Below, piece by piece: positions 22,833 to 36,700 of a stretch of DNA of 64,000 bases. Source of the DNA: Bugula neritina. Lineage: Eukaryota > Animalia > Bryozoa. Location of the stretch: NCBI GenBank assembly GCA_964035545.1, contig OZ037771.1, positions 7,867,408 to 7,931,407 of the forward strand, given 5' to 3'. The notes beneath the pieces were generated by a model that searched no databases, had not been told where the DNA came from, and saw nothing but the letters and a program-made list of their open reading frames with translations. Within the stretch, counting starts at the first letter, position 1, and every line of letters starts with the position of its first letter. Position numbers and translations under genes: made by a program.

Positions 22833-24204
22833 GGCTACGACAAACCTATAAAAGCCAAAGGTCAAGTCACACAATAACTACAGCCACTTACTTGGTAAAA
22901 TATTTAAAAAACAATTCATAAAGCTTTGAAAAACCAGCTTTCAGTTGTTTTAGGCCTAAAGCAAAATAAAGAAATAGGTAGCTGGAAAGCAAGACTAGCA
23001 AAGCTAAATGTGAGTATTCCCAACTATTGCTGCCCATTCACAATATCAACTAGGGGCATTGATACAATCATTACCATATTAAGACTGCATATTTGATCTT
23101 AGCTATCACCTTTTTACTTTTAGATGTAGTCAGCCATAGTGAAAATGATGTTTGATAAGATACTTTTAGCTACCAGTATAAAACATAATGCTTGACAGAG
23201 ATTTTGTCTTGTAAATTGAAACTATACAGAAGGTAAAGGGAACTGGTGAGGTCATGGTAGAATATAAAAAAAGCTGGTCCCATTTGCTGTGTTCAGCAAA
23301 AACCACCTGGCATGTTTCAACTTAAAACAAAAGAAGTAACAACGCCATTGCAATAGTATCAGTATAGTTAGCTAAATGTCATGGCAAAAAAATTAACATG
23401 GACGGAAGACTATACTCACAAACACACTAAGAGATATCCTACAACTTTTGAAAGACCCCTCCCTCCCCCTTTACCCATAGATTTATAACATCATAAAAAT
23501 TTAGAATATTAATCTATTTTCATTAAACTTAGCTATGCTAGTTTGTCATAGACAACCAATCCACCGGCTGTAAAAAATCATGGTAATGGCTGAAAAACGA
23601 CATGCAATGGCACAGGACATGCTTGTCACTAACAAATAATTTGAAAAATAGTAATTGGAAAATTTTTTCAAGAGAGTAAGATGTAAATAATGCTGTTAAT
23701 GATAACATAAAAATATAAAAATAATATAAAACACAATTTCAAATGAGATAGTACATAAGATAAATTTTAGATAAATAAATTAATAAAGTGTGACTAAACA
23801 ATAATTCTAGTAATCCAACTCCCAGTGAAAACAATAAAATTAAAATACAAAATAATGATACAATTGATGATATGCAAATCAGTAAAAGAATCAATGATTA
23901 GAATGGATGATTATTATAACAACATTTATAAGTGAAGTGAACTAGAACTTTTCAACATTAAACTTTATAGATCTCTAGGTAAAAGCAACTTATTTTTAGC
24001 TATCAATCTCTGAATACGAGTAGATAATTAGCACCACTAGAGATCAGAATAACTGAATAAAATAGGTTTTACACTAATAGAGAAATAAACCAGTACCAAA
24101 AATATTCATTGAGCTATCTACCAATCATAATTTAATAACAATAGCCAATCTTAAAATACCTTCATTTTAACTTGTGATAATACTAAAATTAAACATAGGC
24201 AGTT

Positions 24205-24320
24205 TTTTTTACAAAATGCTTTGGAAAAAACTTTTTCACAAAATGCTTTGGGAAAAACTTTTTCACAGAATGCTTTGGAAAAAACTTTTTCACAAAATGC
24301 TTTGGAAAAAACTTTTTCAC
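24205..24320. repeat. 27-bp tandem repeat x~4 (TTTTTCACAAAATGCTTTGGAAAAAAC)
   Basis: Direct read. Confidence 0.9.
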
Positions 24321-26199
24321 GGTAATTTGATTTTTCCAAATCTATTTTGGAGCATCAAATTCAAAGTTTTCAGTACCATTAAACTTAAGATGTACCAGCA
24401 TAAGTTTCTGATAAGAATGGCTCTTCTTAATAGGCATTTAAACATTTATACTTGTATCATTAGCATCCGATTTATTACATGCTAAAAATGAAAATAAGCT
24501 GTACATCTTTTGCATCAACAATACCACTAGAGCCACAAACTTTTAGTCAAATAATAATTTATAATGTATTTAGCTATTTTTGAGTAGACTTTTTGGACAA
24601 ATATAAATAATCAGTTCTAATATACTTTGACTTCCATAGTCATTAGTAACAGTTGGTACAAGAAGAGCATTGATAATTATATACTCTTACTAAAATTATG
24701 TTGATTATTTATATTATCATTATCATTGGCATGTATTTATACACATTAATAGCATAACTATAACTTAAACATTCAGCATAACATTAGTAAAATGATAACC
24801 ATATTCATTATAACTAATCAAGCTCGGAATGAAAATCAGAATGATTATCATGATGAAAAATAATGATTATCATTACAATCGTGATTGAGAGTATTAGTAT
24901 CGCTATAACAATCACTATTAATATCATTAGTATGACTATTATAGTGATAGTAGATTGATGATGTAAATGATATAAGCCCCCTCTCCCATTAACAGCAACT
25001 GTAAGTGCTAATAGCAATGTTGGATAATTCAGAGTGATAAATGATACTCACAGTCACACTAATAGTTTAACTATAAATATTACTTGCACTCAGTAATAGC
25101 AACCACCACTATGACTACCTGCAACTATCAATATCAATGAAAATTTTCAATGTTATATTTACTGATTTAGTCTCAATCCTGCAATTACATTTACTGTCAA
25201 TATGAGATAGCTGAGACTGGTGAGTCCAAATCTTACCAGTATGATTGAGTATCAAAAGTGCTGTAACTTACACCTATGACTATGAGCACTCTGAGTAACA
25301 CTATTAATATTAATAACTCCTAACTGTTACAAGTACCCAAAACCTTAACTCACTTAGACTGTAGCAGGAAAATTGAATGGCAACAATAACTGTACTAATA
25401 TTAATACAGTAAAACTAATAGAAGAAATATTACAATAACTTAAACTCATAAGAGGGACATCGCTGAATTTAATGATTACAATATGAATATAATAATAATA
25501 TTCATTAAATAATGTTTCATAACCTTAGAGACGCCAATGCTTAGTCCCTTTTAGTACTAACAATTTAAACCTAGAGTCGAACTCTGATATATACCACTCA
25601 GACTCACTCATACGTCAGCGTCTCGATGACGATCCATCACGATCACCATCTTAATGACTATCATTATGAACACTCATCAAAATACAGATTTAACCAAATT
25701 AACCTAAAATTTTACAGTTTTTAATAGTAATACTAATACTTTAAGATTGCAATTCGTACAATTACAATATTCAGAAGGAGCATGACTGTCGCGGCAAATA
25801 ATTGCAAGGTCAAACTGAAACTGAAACACTGACCGGGAGATCCGTGAAACTGAAAAATTAACAGTGTAACACTAACAGGTTTAAGATTTCTGTTACAATT
25901 GCTAATATTATTAGTCAAGTACTATTAGTCCTTAGAATTTTAAGATACCACATATCACGTAATCAATATGAAGTTGAATATCGCAATGATATTGTCTATT
26001 GAATATTGATAATCGCCATCATGATGATGATCATGATATTCATATTGATACGATCCACTTTATGTTTATGTTACTGTTCGCTGAGTCAATTCAACGAAAC
26101 TTTTAATGTCTACCTCAGTTTATGCTGACTAGTTTTTAAATTAAAATTTTATCTATTCAGTTGATAGGTGGTTTAGGCGCCAAGCCACTGTAAATGCTT

Positions 26200-26450
26200 T
26201 TACTGCTACTAGCAGTCCCAGTCCAACGTCTGCAGTTGCGTTTGATCAGGAGAACAACCTGACGCGCACTCACTTGATACAGAAGACTAGCCTGAGAGGT
26301 AAAGCTACTGCGTTGTGTGACGATTCGCCCCGATATTGAAAAATAGCCAGTATAATTCTAGTTTGCGAAATTATTGCGCATAAAAGTATTTCGACTGCAC
26401 GTGTCGTGGATTGGTTATTTAGACGCACTCACGTGACATGCTAGTGTTTT
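26200..26450 (-). promoter_or_regulatory. Probable mei-P26 promoter and non-coding first exon
   Basis: Local CpG enrichment, CACGTG at ~26398, TCACGTGAC at ~26429, ATTGG at ~26410, minus-strand GTGAGT donor candidate at ~26273; the ATG-bearing exon is preceded by an acceptor near 22846. Confidence 0.4.
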
Positions 26451-26582
26451 ACACAAAATGGACAACTCCATAAAAGCTTGCTGTGTAATTACACTATTTT
26501 TTTAAAACTGGTTGGGCCAGATTTTGTATGTATTATTTGCAGAAAACTCAAAAAATTTCACATAATGCTACTTATAGATTTA

Positions 26583-26998
26583 TAAGCCTATGTAGTTCTT
26601 CATGTCGCCCGATTGTTTTAGGTCATAAGATTTATCAGCTGATTTTGCTTTTGGCCAATTTTTCGCCCGATTTTCACAATTGAGCATGATCAATTTCTCG
26701 CCAATATTCGGTTGAACCAGCCAAGCAAAAGGCGGCAAAAATCATGACAGCAATCACGATTAACACCATTGTTGAAATTATTTCAGGTCAGGGAGCGTTT
26801 GTACCCAATCGTTGTCTTAATTAATATTGTAAAAGAAAGTTATATAGACTGAGAGCCATCTGCCAATAAAACGCAAGCAGAAAAAAATCAGGACATATAA
26901 AAATTGTCAAGATTTTTTAGCCGATTGCAAGATCGGCCATAGAGAAATCGGCTAGTAAGAAATTGGCCGAAATAATCGGTCTGTGTGTACATGCAGCA
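26583..26998. mobile_element. Possible degenerate non-autonomous DNA transposon
   Basis: CCGATT motifs mainly in the left half and AATCGG at the right end; CpG-rich relative to flanks; no clean TIR or TSD. Confidence 0.25.
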
Positions 26999-27446
26999 TT
27001 CTTTTTGATAAGAACAATAAGTTGACACAAGTAATTTTTTCAAATAATTATCTACACATTACAAATTGTCTGGTAGAAATTTATATATATATATGACTGT
27101 TTAAAATTATCATCTTCAACAATGAGCCTTTTACTGGCCCTAAGAGCATTTATACTGACCCTTATAAATGCATTTACTGTCTTGCACCCATTCATGCTTT
27201 TGAGGGTCAGGTGCTTCCATATATTATGGTAATACACCCTGCATAAATTTTGATATAATGCATGTTGCAATATATAAACATGCTGTACCCAAAAATTGAA
27301 AACTAAACTGTTGAATTGTTACCTTAAGCAAGTCAACAATTAGTCTGTTTGCGAGATAACGGTGTAATAATTAACTGTGCATGAATGCTATGTTATAAAT
27401 GTCATCTTGGTTGTTTATTCTAAGTATATGAATTATATATATTGTG

Positions 27447-27671
27447 CATTGGTGGGGAACTGGGGACCCCAGGACCACCTGTGCCGTTTTCAGATTTTCA
27501 GTGCTCAAGATAAGTAAAAACTGTTATATGTATTCAGGTTAGCACAGTGTAGGTTTAATGACAGAGTACTTTAATATAATAAAGTTTAATATAATATTTA
27601 CAATCATGTGGCTTTTCATTTTAGCTGACTTCTTAACTTGGCCCTCATGCAAAAGAAGTTGCCCACCCCTG
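27447..27671 (-). mobile_element. hAT-Charlie-type MITE, diverged copy
   Basis: Ends in GTTGCCCACCCCTG and aligns by eye, inverted, with 30711-30946. Confidence 0.75.
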
Positions 27672-28836
27672 ATATATAATATTTTTTGTAATGTCTGATG
27701 CTTAAATATGTTTAATTTTTTAATCATATGCTAATTATATAGTTATTATTTCTGTTATGCTGAAATAATACAATTGAAAATTAAATTAGTAATTTGGCCA
27801 TTACATAATAATATAGAGATTGTGTTGCAGATATGGCCTATAATATGGTTTATATGTATATAATTGATATATGTAATGCAATATAAGCAGCTGGTGTGTG
27901 TGGAGATAGATCTAAACGTGTGCACACATGTGGGCATGCATTTCTGTGTCATGACTATGTGTTTCTGTGTCATGGGTGTGCAGGTGGGGCCGTGGGAGAT
28001 GGCAGGAGTAAAATATATTGCACTTAGGAAGTAATGCATTAATTTAGAATTTTGATAATACTAAAGAAATGCTTACCCACAATTATTCAAGACTATATTA
28101 GCAGCAGAATTTAAAAACAATTTTCTCTCCCTGTAACAGCCAACCAATATAGCCTATAGAGTATAGGCTATCGGACACCCATATCCTACAGATTGAGACG
28201 ATAACTGGAGCTAACCTTGTATGGTATGATACTGAAACACTAGCCCTTCCTCGCAAGGCTACAACAGATATTAAAGTTATAAACTGGACAAATTGATTTA
28301 CTGAATTGGAATAATAATTTGCATATTACATTACATTTCAGTGAGTTTATCTATAAACACAAGTCTGTTTTAGTCCTGTTTTAATACTGTTCTTAGAAAC
28401 TGAACATCGTACATTGCACATTTCTGTACTCTGGAGTTATTCCCTCTACAATTTTATGCTTTTGGCTTACACATTATATCCTTTTCTAGTGAATTTACCA
28501 CACCAAAGCAAAATAATATGATGGACTGAATTTGATGGTACTTTTTTATTATTATATTATTTTTATTGATATTAATATTGCGTACTCAGCCTGCTTGGTG
28601 ACATCAATAATCTTACACGGAAGATCTAGTTTACATTATCATTTATGATTATGTAAAATTTTATTATAATTTAGGGGTTGTACTTCAACTTCAATATCAT
28701 ACTCAAAGTCAATACTTATAGTTATACTTAATCTTATACTTATACTTATACTTATAGTTGTAGTTAATAGTTATAGTTATACTAAGTATAAGTTATAGTA
28801 CTTTAATTTAAATTAGGCATAGCTTCCTTATTAGAA

Positions 28837-28869
28837 CAGCCCGTGAACTACGCACGGGAGAAACACTAG
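28837..28869 (+). mobile_element. Possible Helitron 3' terminus
   Basis: GC-rich hairpin CCCGTG-N7-CACGGG followed after 7 nt by CTAG; no 5' end located. Confidence 0.35.
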
Positions 28870-30710
28870 CAGTAGCAGACTAATAAAAAAAGACCTGAAC
28901 ATCCGATAGTTCCACCTTTCCCCTATTTGGGGTCCTGGAACTAAATCAAGACAAGACAAGACAATACTAGTATTATTAATAATCTATTAATCATTAGCAG
29001 CATGACTCGTTCTGATACTGATAGTGCTAGTTGTATTTTTACAATCCGATAAGTATAACAATGTCATACTGAGATTAATAAGTATAACTATACTAACTCT
29101 AAGAGTAAGAGTATCAGTATGACCTGTAAGTGTATGAGTATCACTGTCATTATCAGTATCACAATCACTATCAGTGAGTATCACTTATCAGTTTTCAGTA
29201 TCACTATCAGTATGAGTATAATTAGTAATAGTAATACTAATAATCATAATCATAAATGATAATCATAATGTTGATATGATAAAATTAAATTATAATAAAT
29301 ATAATATAAATATTAATTATATTTATTAAGTATTCTTGAATATTTGGTTTAGTTTTGTAGCTAGTTCATACTCTCTTTAAATTTAAATAATTATTAAATT
29401 TAATCCACCCAAGAGGAAGTCCATAATCACAATGAATCAATGACAATTAGGATCAGAATTATGATAATATTATATTTATCACCATGATCGTGATAGTGAT
29501 AGTGGTAGTAATCATTATTGTTAATGTCAGTAATGTGTAACTGATCTCAGTCAACTCTCAATCTCAATATCATTTAACTTGTGCAATCATGATTATTACT
29601 ATTAGTGTATCACTATAAATATAAGTTTTACTATAACTATTAGTATTACTGTTAATATTACTATTAGTACTAATATTAAATGATGATTGCAATTAAGGCG
29701 GTTCAGAATTATTCTTTACACTTATAAATATAAGTATAACTAAAGCCATAAAATATTAATAATAATTAATACTTATGTTTTATTAGTTATGCATTTGTTA
29801 GACTTGGGGTCAGTAATAATCACAATGATAGCCAGTGTCACAATGTTACTAAAACCCCAAAGAAACTTGTGGTGTCAGTATGAGTATCACTACAAAAAGC
29901 TATTATACAAACTTGTATTACAACTATAAGTCAACAAGTATCATGACAGAGTTAGAACTGTTTATTAATTCTAACTCTAAGAGTAAGTTGAAGTTTTCAA
30001 CTAAGTGGTTACTATTGCTAGTTTTCTAGCCACTAATGACACACAAGTAGCAATTCTTCTTAAAGTCACAATGAGTTTCTAATCTAAAATCTGACAATCA
30101 GAATGAAAGAAAAATAAATTATTCTAGGACTAATAAAATAAAACAATGATAATCATTAGCATATTCAGACTCATAGCATTGTCAATAAGAATACATCGTG
30201 AATATGAATAAGTAATTATCATTTTTATTTTTGTTAAACCAGCACTATCATTATTGTTATTTTAAAAGGTAATATTTCTATTGATACTGTTTTCACCTTT
30301 TAGTACTTACTTATAATATTTAATTTGAAAGTCATTAAGCAAATATGAATACTTTTTAAAAATATTTATTCTTAGAAACGCTAGTATTAGTTTGAGTATA
30401 TATGACAAATCTACATGCTGTGACTGCAAGTATAGACTATATTAGATTATATGACACTAAATTAGCAATGCTATAGATAAAGCTGTACATTTAAATGTTT
30501 GAATCTATGCAGTGTTTATTGGCAAAAGTTTATCGACAGGTACTCCAGAACAACCATGCATCACCGTAGGTTATTCATGTCTTCGAAGTAGTCTGTATGC
30601 AAAATAAAGTGTCCGCAGCACATTTTACGGCTATTCTGGTTGCATTGCATCACTTCGTGCATTCACTGATGTTTATAAAAGGCAAATGCGACCACCCACA
30701 TACTCTAGAG

Positions 30711-30946
30711 CAGGGTTGGGCAACTTCTTTTGCTCAATAGCCAAGTTCAGAAGTCAGCCAAAACAAAGGGCCACATGATTGTACACATATTAAGTCTTAT
30801 TATAATAAAGTAATTTGTCACCAAACCTATGCTGTTCTAATCAGAATAACAATGACAGTTTTTACTCATCCTAAGCATTAAAAGGGCCACTGAAAAATGG
30901 GCAAAGGGCCACAAGTGGCCCTGGGGCCCCCAGTTGCCCACCCCTG
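30711..30946 (+). mobile_element. hAT-Charlie-type MITE
   Basis: TIRs CAGGGTTGGGCAAC / GTTGCCCACCCCTG; 8-bp TSD CTCTAGAG / CTTTAGAG matching the NTCTAGAN Charlie target preference. Confidence 0.88.
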
Positions 30947-31309
30947 CTTTAGAGTCTAAATGAATTTTATTTGCAAAATATTTCACTAATAACTAGCTCC
31001 ATACGTATTTGCATAAAAATGTATAACACTAGTTAGTAGTAATATTTTTTTAAAAATAAAATCTGTCCAATTTATGACTATCATTTTTTCCTTATCTGAT
31101 ATTGAGTGCTTTACTAATGATACTACTCTGTATTAGCTACACACACTCGCGTGCACAAGCTTCTTCAGTAGTAAACTAAATTTGCTGTAATATTTATATG
31201 CTCTTATAAACCTTTACGCATTAGGTCGATAGTTAAGTTATTTTCAATGTATAAATGTACCAAGTATTTGTGTTTTTTTAGTTACAGGTGTTCTTCCGAT
31301 GATATTCCC

Positions 31310-33282
31310 ATGACAGTCTCTTTGGTTATAGCCACAGTTTTATTTGCTATGCAAGATTCTGTTTTAAAAGCTGAAAGTTCACTAGTATTGTATGATGAAT
31401 CAGCCATTCCACCACACTATAAGCCATTCAAGCACTTCACTTTCGGAGACCATAGTGTGACCATTAAACAGAATTGGGCTGAACAAGGAGTGGCTGGGGT
31501 AGTCTGGGATGCAGTGAGTATTGCAGCTGGTGGTTTTGTGCTGTAGCATTACCAGTTGTATTAATAGCTTTAGTTTTTACTGCTGGTTTTTGCATGTAAA
31601 ACAGGAATTCTAAATGTGATTATCATTTGCAAATTATATGAGAATAGGACTAAGAGGAGATAGATGAGAATAAGAGTTTGAGACTGCTGTTTGTAAACTT
31701 GAGTCATCATTTACATTTATATTATTTTTTTACTATTTTTGCATCTATGCTTACTGCAGCTTGCTCATTTGCTACCCTGCAATTTTTATTTATTGTAGGC
31801 AGTAGTCCTTTGTGAATATATTGTTGCAAACCCAGCTCTGTTTCTGAATAAAAAAGTCCTTGAGCTAGGGTCTGGGACAGGACTCTCCGGTATCTGTGCT
31901 TATATGGAAGGTGAGGCTACGTGTGTTTGTAGGATTAGACTGCTTTTCATAGTAATGTGTTTATAAAACACAACTATCAGTACATGCTATTTAAACAGCA
32001 TTGTCGAAATTTGTCTCATTATCTCACTGCAAGTCCAGCCGTGCTAAAGTCTCTCCATTCTGTTCGTGTGAGATAATTTATAAAAAAAATGAAAGTTAAA
32101 TCTTGAAATGCTTTAACTGTTTTGTTAGTTTTAGGTAGTTCGATAATAATTGAATTGTTTTTGCGCTACTGAGGGCATGATATACCCTCCACCATTGGTT
32201 TCCAAGTTGTATTCAAACAGGTTGATATTATTATTTGTCATGCTTTGTATTTTACCAAAAAAAGTACAATTTTTGTATGTAAAACCATACGTATATTTTG
32301 CAAAATATACATAAATACTAATAATTATACAACCATTTCTTCACATAATACATAAGTCGTTTATATAGAACTGCTGCTGCTAACAATCATATTTTATGAT
32401 ACAGAATGGTTATGCCTATCCTAACCACGATAGTCATAAAAATATAATGAAGTATTTTAATTGTTGTTATTGAACTAAATTAATAGTAAACTTTTAATAT
32501 TGGTAGCCAGCTCAAAATCTTACAAATGCATGCATTTTCGTTACTCAGTATTTTTTTTCATGGCTTTAAGGCTAGCCCATGTTCACTGTAAAGCTCGTAT
32601 TTCTACAACTATATTCTAGCATATGTTCACTGTAGAGCTCATATTTCTACAACTATATTCTAGCATATGTTCACTGTAGAGCTCATATTTCTACAACTAT
32701 ATTCTAGCATATGTTCACTGTAGAGCTCATATTTCTACAAGTATATTCTAGCATATGTTCACTGTAGAGTTCATATTTCTACAACTATATTCTCACCGAC
32801 TCCGATATTTTCATCTTCCAGGATCCCATGTAACTCTGACAGACCGTCCAGATTCACTTGATGTGCTCAAGGAGAATGTTGAACTAAATACCAAGCAATG
32901 CAGCAACAAGCATATTGAAAAAGACGGGCTTTATAAAGTTGCCATGACCAATATACCTCGCTGTACCCCATCAAATAAGTTAGCAAGTGATAGCCCCTCA
33001 TATATTGACTGTAAAGTTTTGGATTGGGCTCAAAGGGACAACCCATTGTTTGATATAACTTGGGATGTGGTTATTGCTGCTGATGTTATTTATATAGAGA
33101 GCTCATTTGAACATTTGCTGCAGACAATGAGAACTTTAAAATATTCTAAAATGCTATTTTCATGTAGATTGAGGTATGCTAAAGATCATAAATTTATTAG
33201 AAAAGCCAGAGAGTGTTTTACAATCGATCTTATTTTATATGATAAGTCTAGAGATATACACATATATTCTTTTAGTAAATAA
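31310..33282 (+). CDS. METTL21A: Seven-beta-strand protein-lysine methyltransferase, METTL21A-like
   Basis: Exons 31310 (or ATG 31349)-31513 (IKQNW...GVAGVVWDA), 31799-31910 (VLELGSGTG motif I), 32822-33282 (VTLTD post-I, VLDW, IAADVIY with the DXXY motif). Confidence 0.85.
32578..32793. repeat. 44-bp intronic minisatellite x~5
   Basis: Unit CATATGTTCACTGTAGAGCTCATATTTCTACAACTATATTCTAG; ends ~28 bp before the exon 3 acceptor. Confidence 0.95.
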
Positions 33283-33727
33283 ATGTACTCAGTAGTAAAT
33301 GATGTTGTTCTTATTTGTCTAGAATCTAAATTTTTTATTGATTTGAGGATAAAATAACTATTCAAGTAGCTGTAACCCCTCAATTCTTTTAATTGGTTTT
33401 TTAGGTTTACTAGTATTGTATAAGAAAACTGAGTAATAAGACCAGTTACTTTGAGTTGTTCTTGTTGTGTCACATGTAATTTTACAAGTATTGCAGTTTT
33501 TTGTTTTTTATGTAGTTTATGTCTAACCTAAAAATTATTTTTAGAATAGACAGAACAAAGTAATATTATATTGAAAGTGTCGTTTGTTTGACTACGCAAT
33601 TCGAGTTGGCTTCTCTTGTTATTAGTGCAGCTCTTCTTTGCTATTTGCACGTATTAGTGGTTTTGAAACGCCAATTGAATTATCGAGTGCTAATTGTGCA
33701 CATTAGCCAACGGTGAAACCCGGGAAA

Positions 33728-36700
33728 ATGGCCACCAACACAAAATTTGGGAGAATTGTATGGTAGGTGACTAGTGTGCATTTAGCTATAATTTAAGCCA
33801 ACGATTTAGTGCAGCTAGCATAAATTAGTTAAAGTTTTCGGGCATTACTTGTACAATAAAAAGCCAATAGTAGTACCAAGCTGCTCAACAATTCCGATTC
33901 GAATTGAAATATCCAAATGCAATGCCAATGGCAATTGCATGTTGAACTTGAAGTTGATGTTCATGTTGATCATGAAAATGAAATTGAATGATGATCACAG
34001 TCACGTAAAAGTTGAAGTTGAACTTGGTGTTTGTTTTGAATTTGATGAGCATGATGATTATGAAAATCATGATGACTATCAGTGTCAAATTCAACATCAT
34101 GATCATTCAATTTCATTCATTGTGTTTGTGAATATCATAACGATAATATTAATAATAATCATAATAGTACTCATATTGAATTTGATATTCACTAATTCAG
34201 TAATAAACTATCATTCATATTTATATTGAATTTGATATTATTTATGGTATTTTGAATGTCAAACTCAGATTTACTACTCAGTTACTGTTAGTTTTAGTTA
34301 GGCTTTTAGTTTTTAGACTTGCAGTTAGTCATAGTGTTTCTTAGTCATCATTTTAAGTGTATGATGATCAGTTCATGGTTTGGGTGTGAGTTTCACTCTG
34401 ACTCTAACACGCACACTATCATTGATGCTATGATTCATACTATGACTAACTTTAAGCCTAAGGCCAAAGGTTACAGCATCTATGAGTCGTCAGAGTAATT
34501 GTTACACCAAGAGTAAGTCTAACTCTTACTTCAAGTTTGGGGTTGCTGCTGTGTCAGTGTGAGTGTGTTCACTGTCATACACCTTAAGTTCAAGTCTAAT
34601 TTTTAGTTGTTGATTTAGCATCCTAGTTGTCAGTTGGACTCTCTCTCTCTGAAAGTAAGTCTGGATTTGTTGCTGTCTGTTCTCGCTCACTCAGTGACAG
34701 TTTCATGCTATAAGGCGAGTCAAAATTGAAATGAATTAGTAAACACAGATGCTACTGCTATTGAAACGATTAACTGATTTAGTCCTGAGTATTGTACTCT
34801 GTTTTGATTTTGCTAATGCTAGTTCTGTGTACTAGTTTTTAGTTCAGAGTAAAAGCTAAACTCTTACTATGACTGAGTCTAATGCTTATGCTGATATTTC
34901 ATAGTGGTGGTCATACTAATACTTTCAGTCTCAGTTATACTCATGCTGAAAGTGAGCTACTGTCAGACTTGCTATTATCTTATAGTTATTATAGTACTTA
35001 TTCATAGTGGTACTCAAATGCTTATAACATCAGAACTTTAAAAGCTATTCTTGCAACTAAAGTTACAGTTTTTGTTACAGTCATTACTTATGCTACATTT
35101 AAAACTGCAGACCTAGGGCTAGTTTAACTTAAATTGACTATTGCCGACAGTCAACATAATTACAATTATTATTATTGACCATATTTAATTTGAATTATCA
35201 TATATTTGAATATTGTAGACCTAGAATGTGGTACTGCTAGTAATGTAGGAATGACCTAATACTATTTTAATTAAATTTTAAGCTCACTTCATATACGTTG
35301 CAATTTTAAACCCTGTATTAACAACCAATCTTATTCTCATAATACCCAAAGTGTTTATATTAACTCTATATAAATATATATAAATAGGTAATTTACTTTA
35401 AATTTCATCTTTTGAACACTTGAAGCTATATTCTATATTTTATTTATTTTTGTTGAAACTTTTTTGACTCTTTTTTTTATTAGATATTGTAGTAATGTTG
35501 ACATTAAAATTAATATTTATAGTACAGGGGGGGGGGAATAAGCTATACATATGACTTCAATAAAAATTTAAGCTATGGATTTTCAAGAGATTCTAAATTG
35601 TTGAAAAAAAAATCGAATGGCATCTACTAGTAATTATTTTTAAAAACAATACAGTAACGCAACCATTTGCGTTAGATTGGAACTAGACCCTATACCATTT
35701 AAACAATTCCAGAATAATTGTTGTGAATAGTCATTTTTAACCAAATTTAATGTCATATCTAGCATATGTAAACATAATACCATTTCTTTTATTAATAGAA
35801 TCACGCCTTAATGCAATGCAAAATTATTCATAAGTTAAATTGTTGTTGTAGGGCTAAAGTTAAAGGCAGCAGTCCATGGCCTGCCAAGGTATTGTATCTT
35901 CTCCAGACTAACTAGTATTCCCTTTACTGAATTATGTTTCCCTGTTAGAAACACAAACCCGTCAGTAAGAGTGATGAACTTAATCAACCTGGTGTACCTG
36001 TGCTGAAATGTTTTAAATTAATATTGCCATTGTCACAATTTTCTGTTTAAAAGCATTTGATTTATAGTCAGTATGTTTTTAGGGTGTTGATTCAATTGCA
36101 TCTATCAAGAGACCAAGTAAAAAAGGGAACTGGCATTTTGTCAGGTTTTACGGTTCAAATGATCAGTAAGTATATTAAAAATATTGGCAAATATTTACTG
36201 TCTGTGTGTTACTTTACACTGCTGTGGGTTTTCTTATTATCTTTAGCTGTGTTGGTCAAACTAGGTTAGAATTCATTGGTAGCATGGCGATAGCACCATC
36301 TTAATGGTGTCACTGAACATACAGTTGCAGGACTTTCAGAATCAGGCTGCACATTTTTTACAACTTGCAATTGATTTTCTCACTATATATTCTAGTTTTG
36401 ACAATTTCATCTAGAAATGTGTGATTTACAGTGCATGGATAGATTATGAGACACATATATGGCCTTACAAGGAGTACCGGAAGAGATTTGGAGATAAAGA
36501 TAAAGTCCCTCAGACCTTCAGAGAAGCTTTGCTAGAAGCTGACAAAGAGTATGAAACATTGGGACCAGTATGTATTGTACTTACACTGAGACTAGTATGT
36601 ATTGTACTTACACCAGTATGTATTGTACTTACACTAGTATGTATTGTACTTACACTAGTATGTATTATGCCTACACTAGTATGCATTATACTTACACTGA

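Noticed and set aside
33849-34229. 126-aa ORF as a nested gene in GLYR1 intron 1
   Set aside because: Alternating-residue pattern reflects the 6-nt periodic DNA, and it has a non-ATG start.
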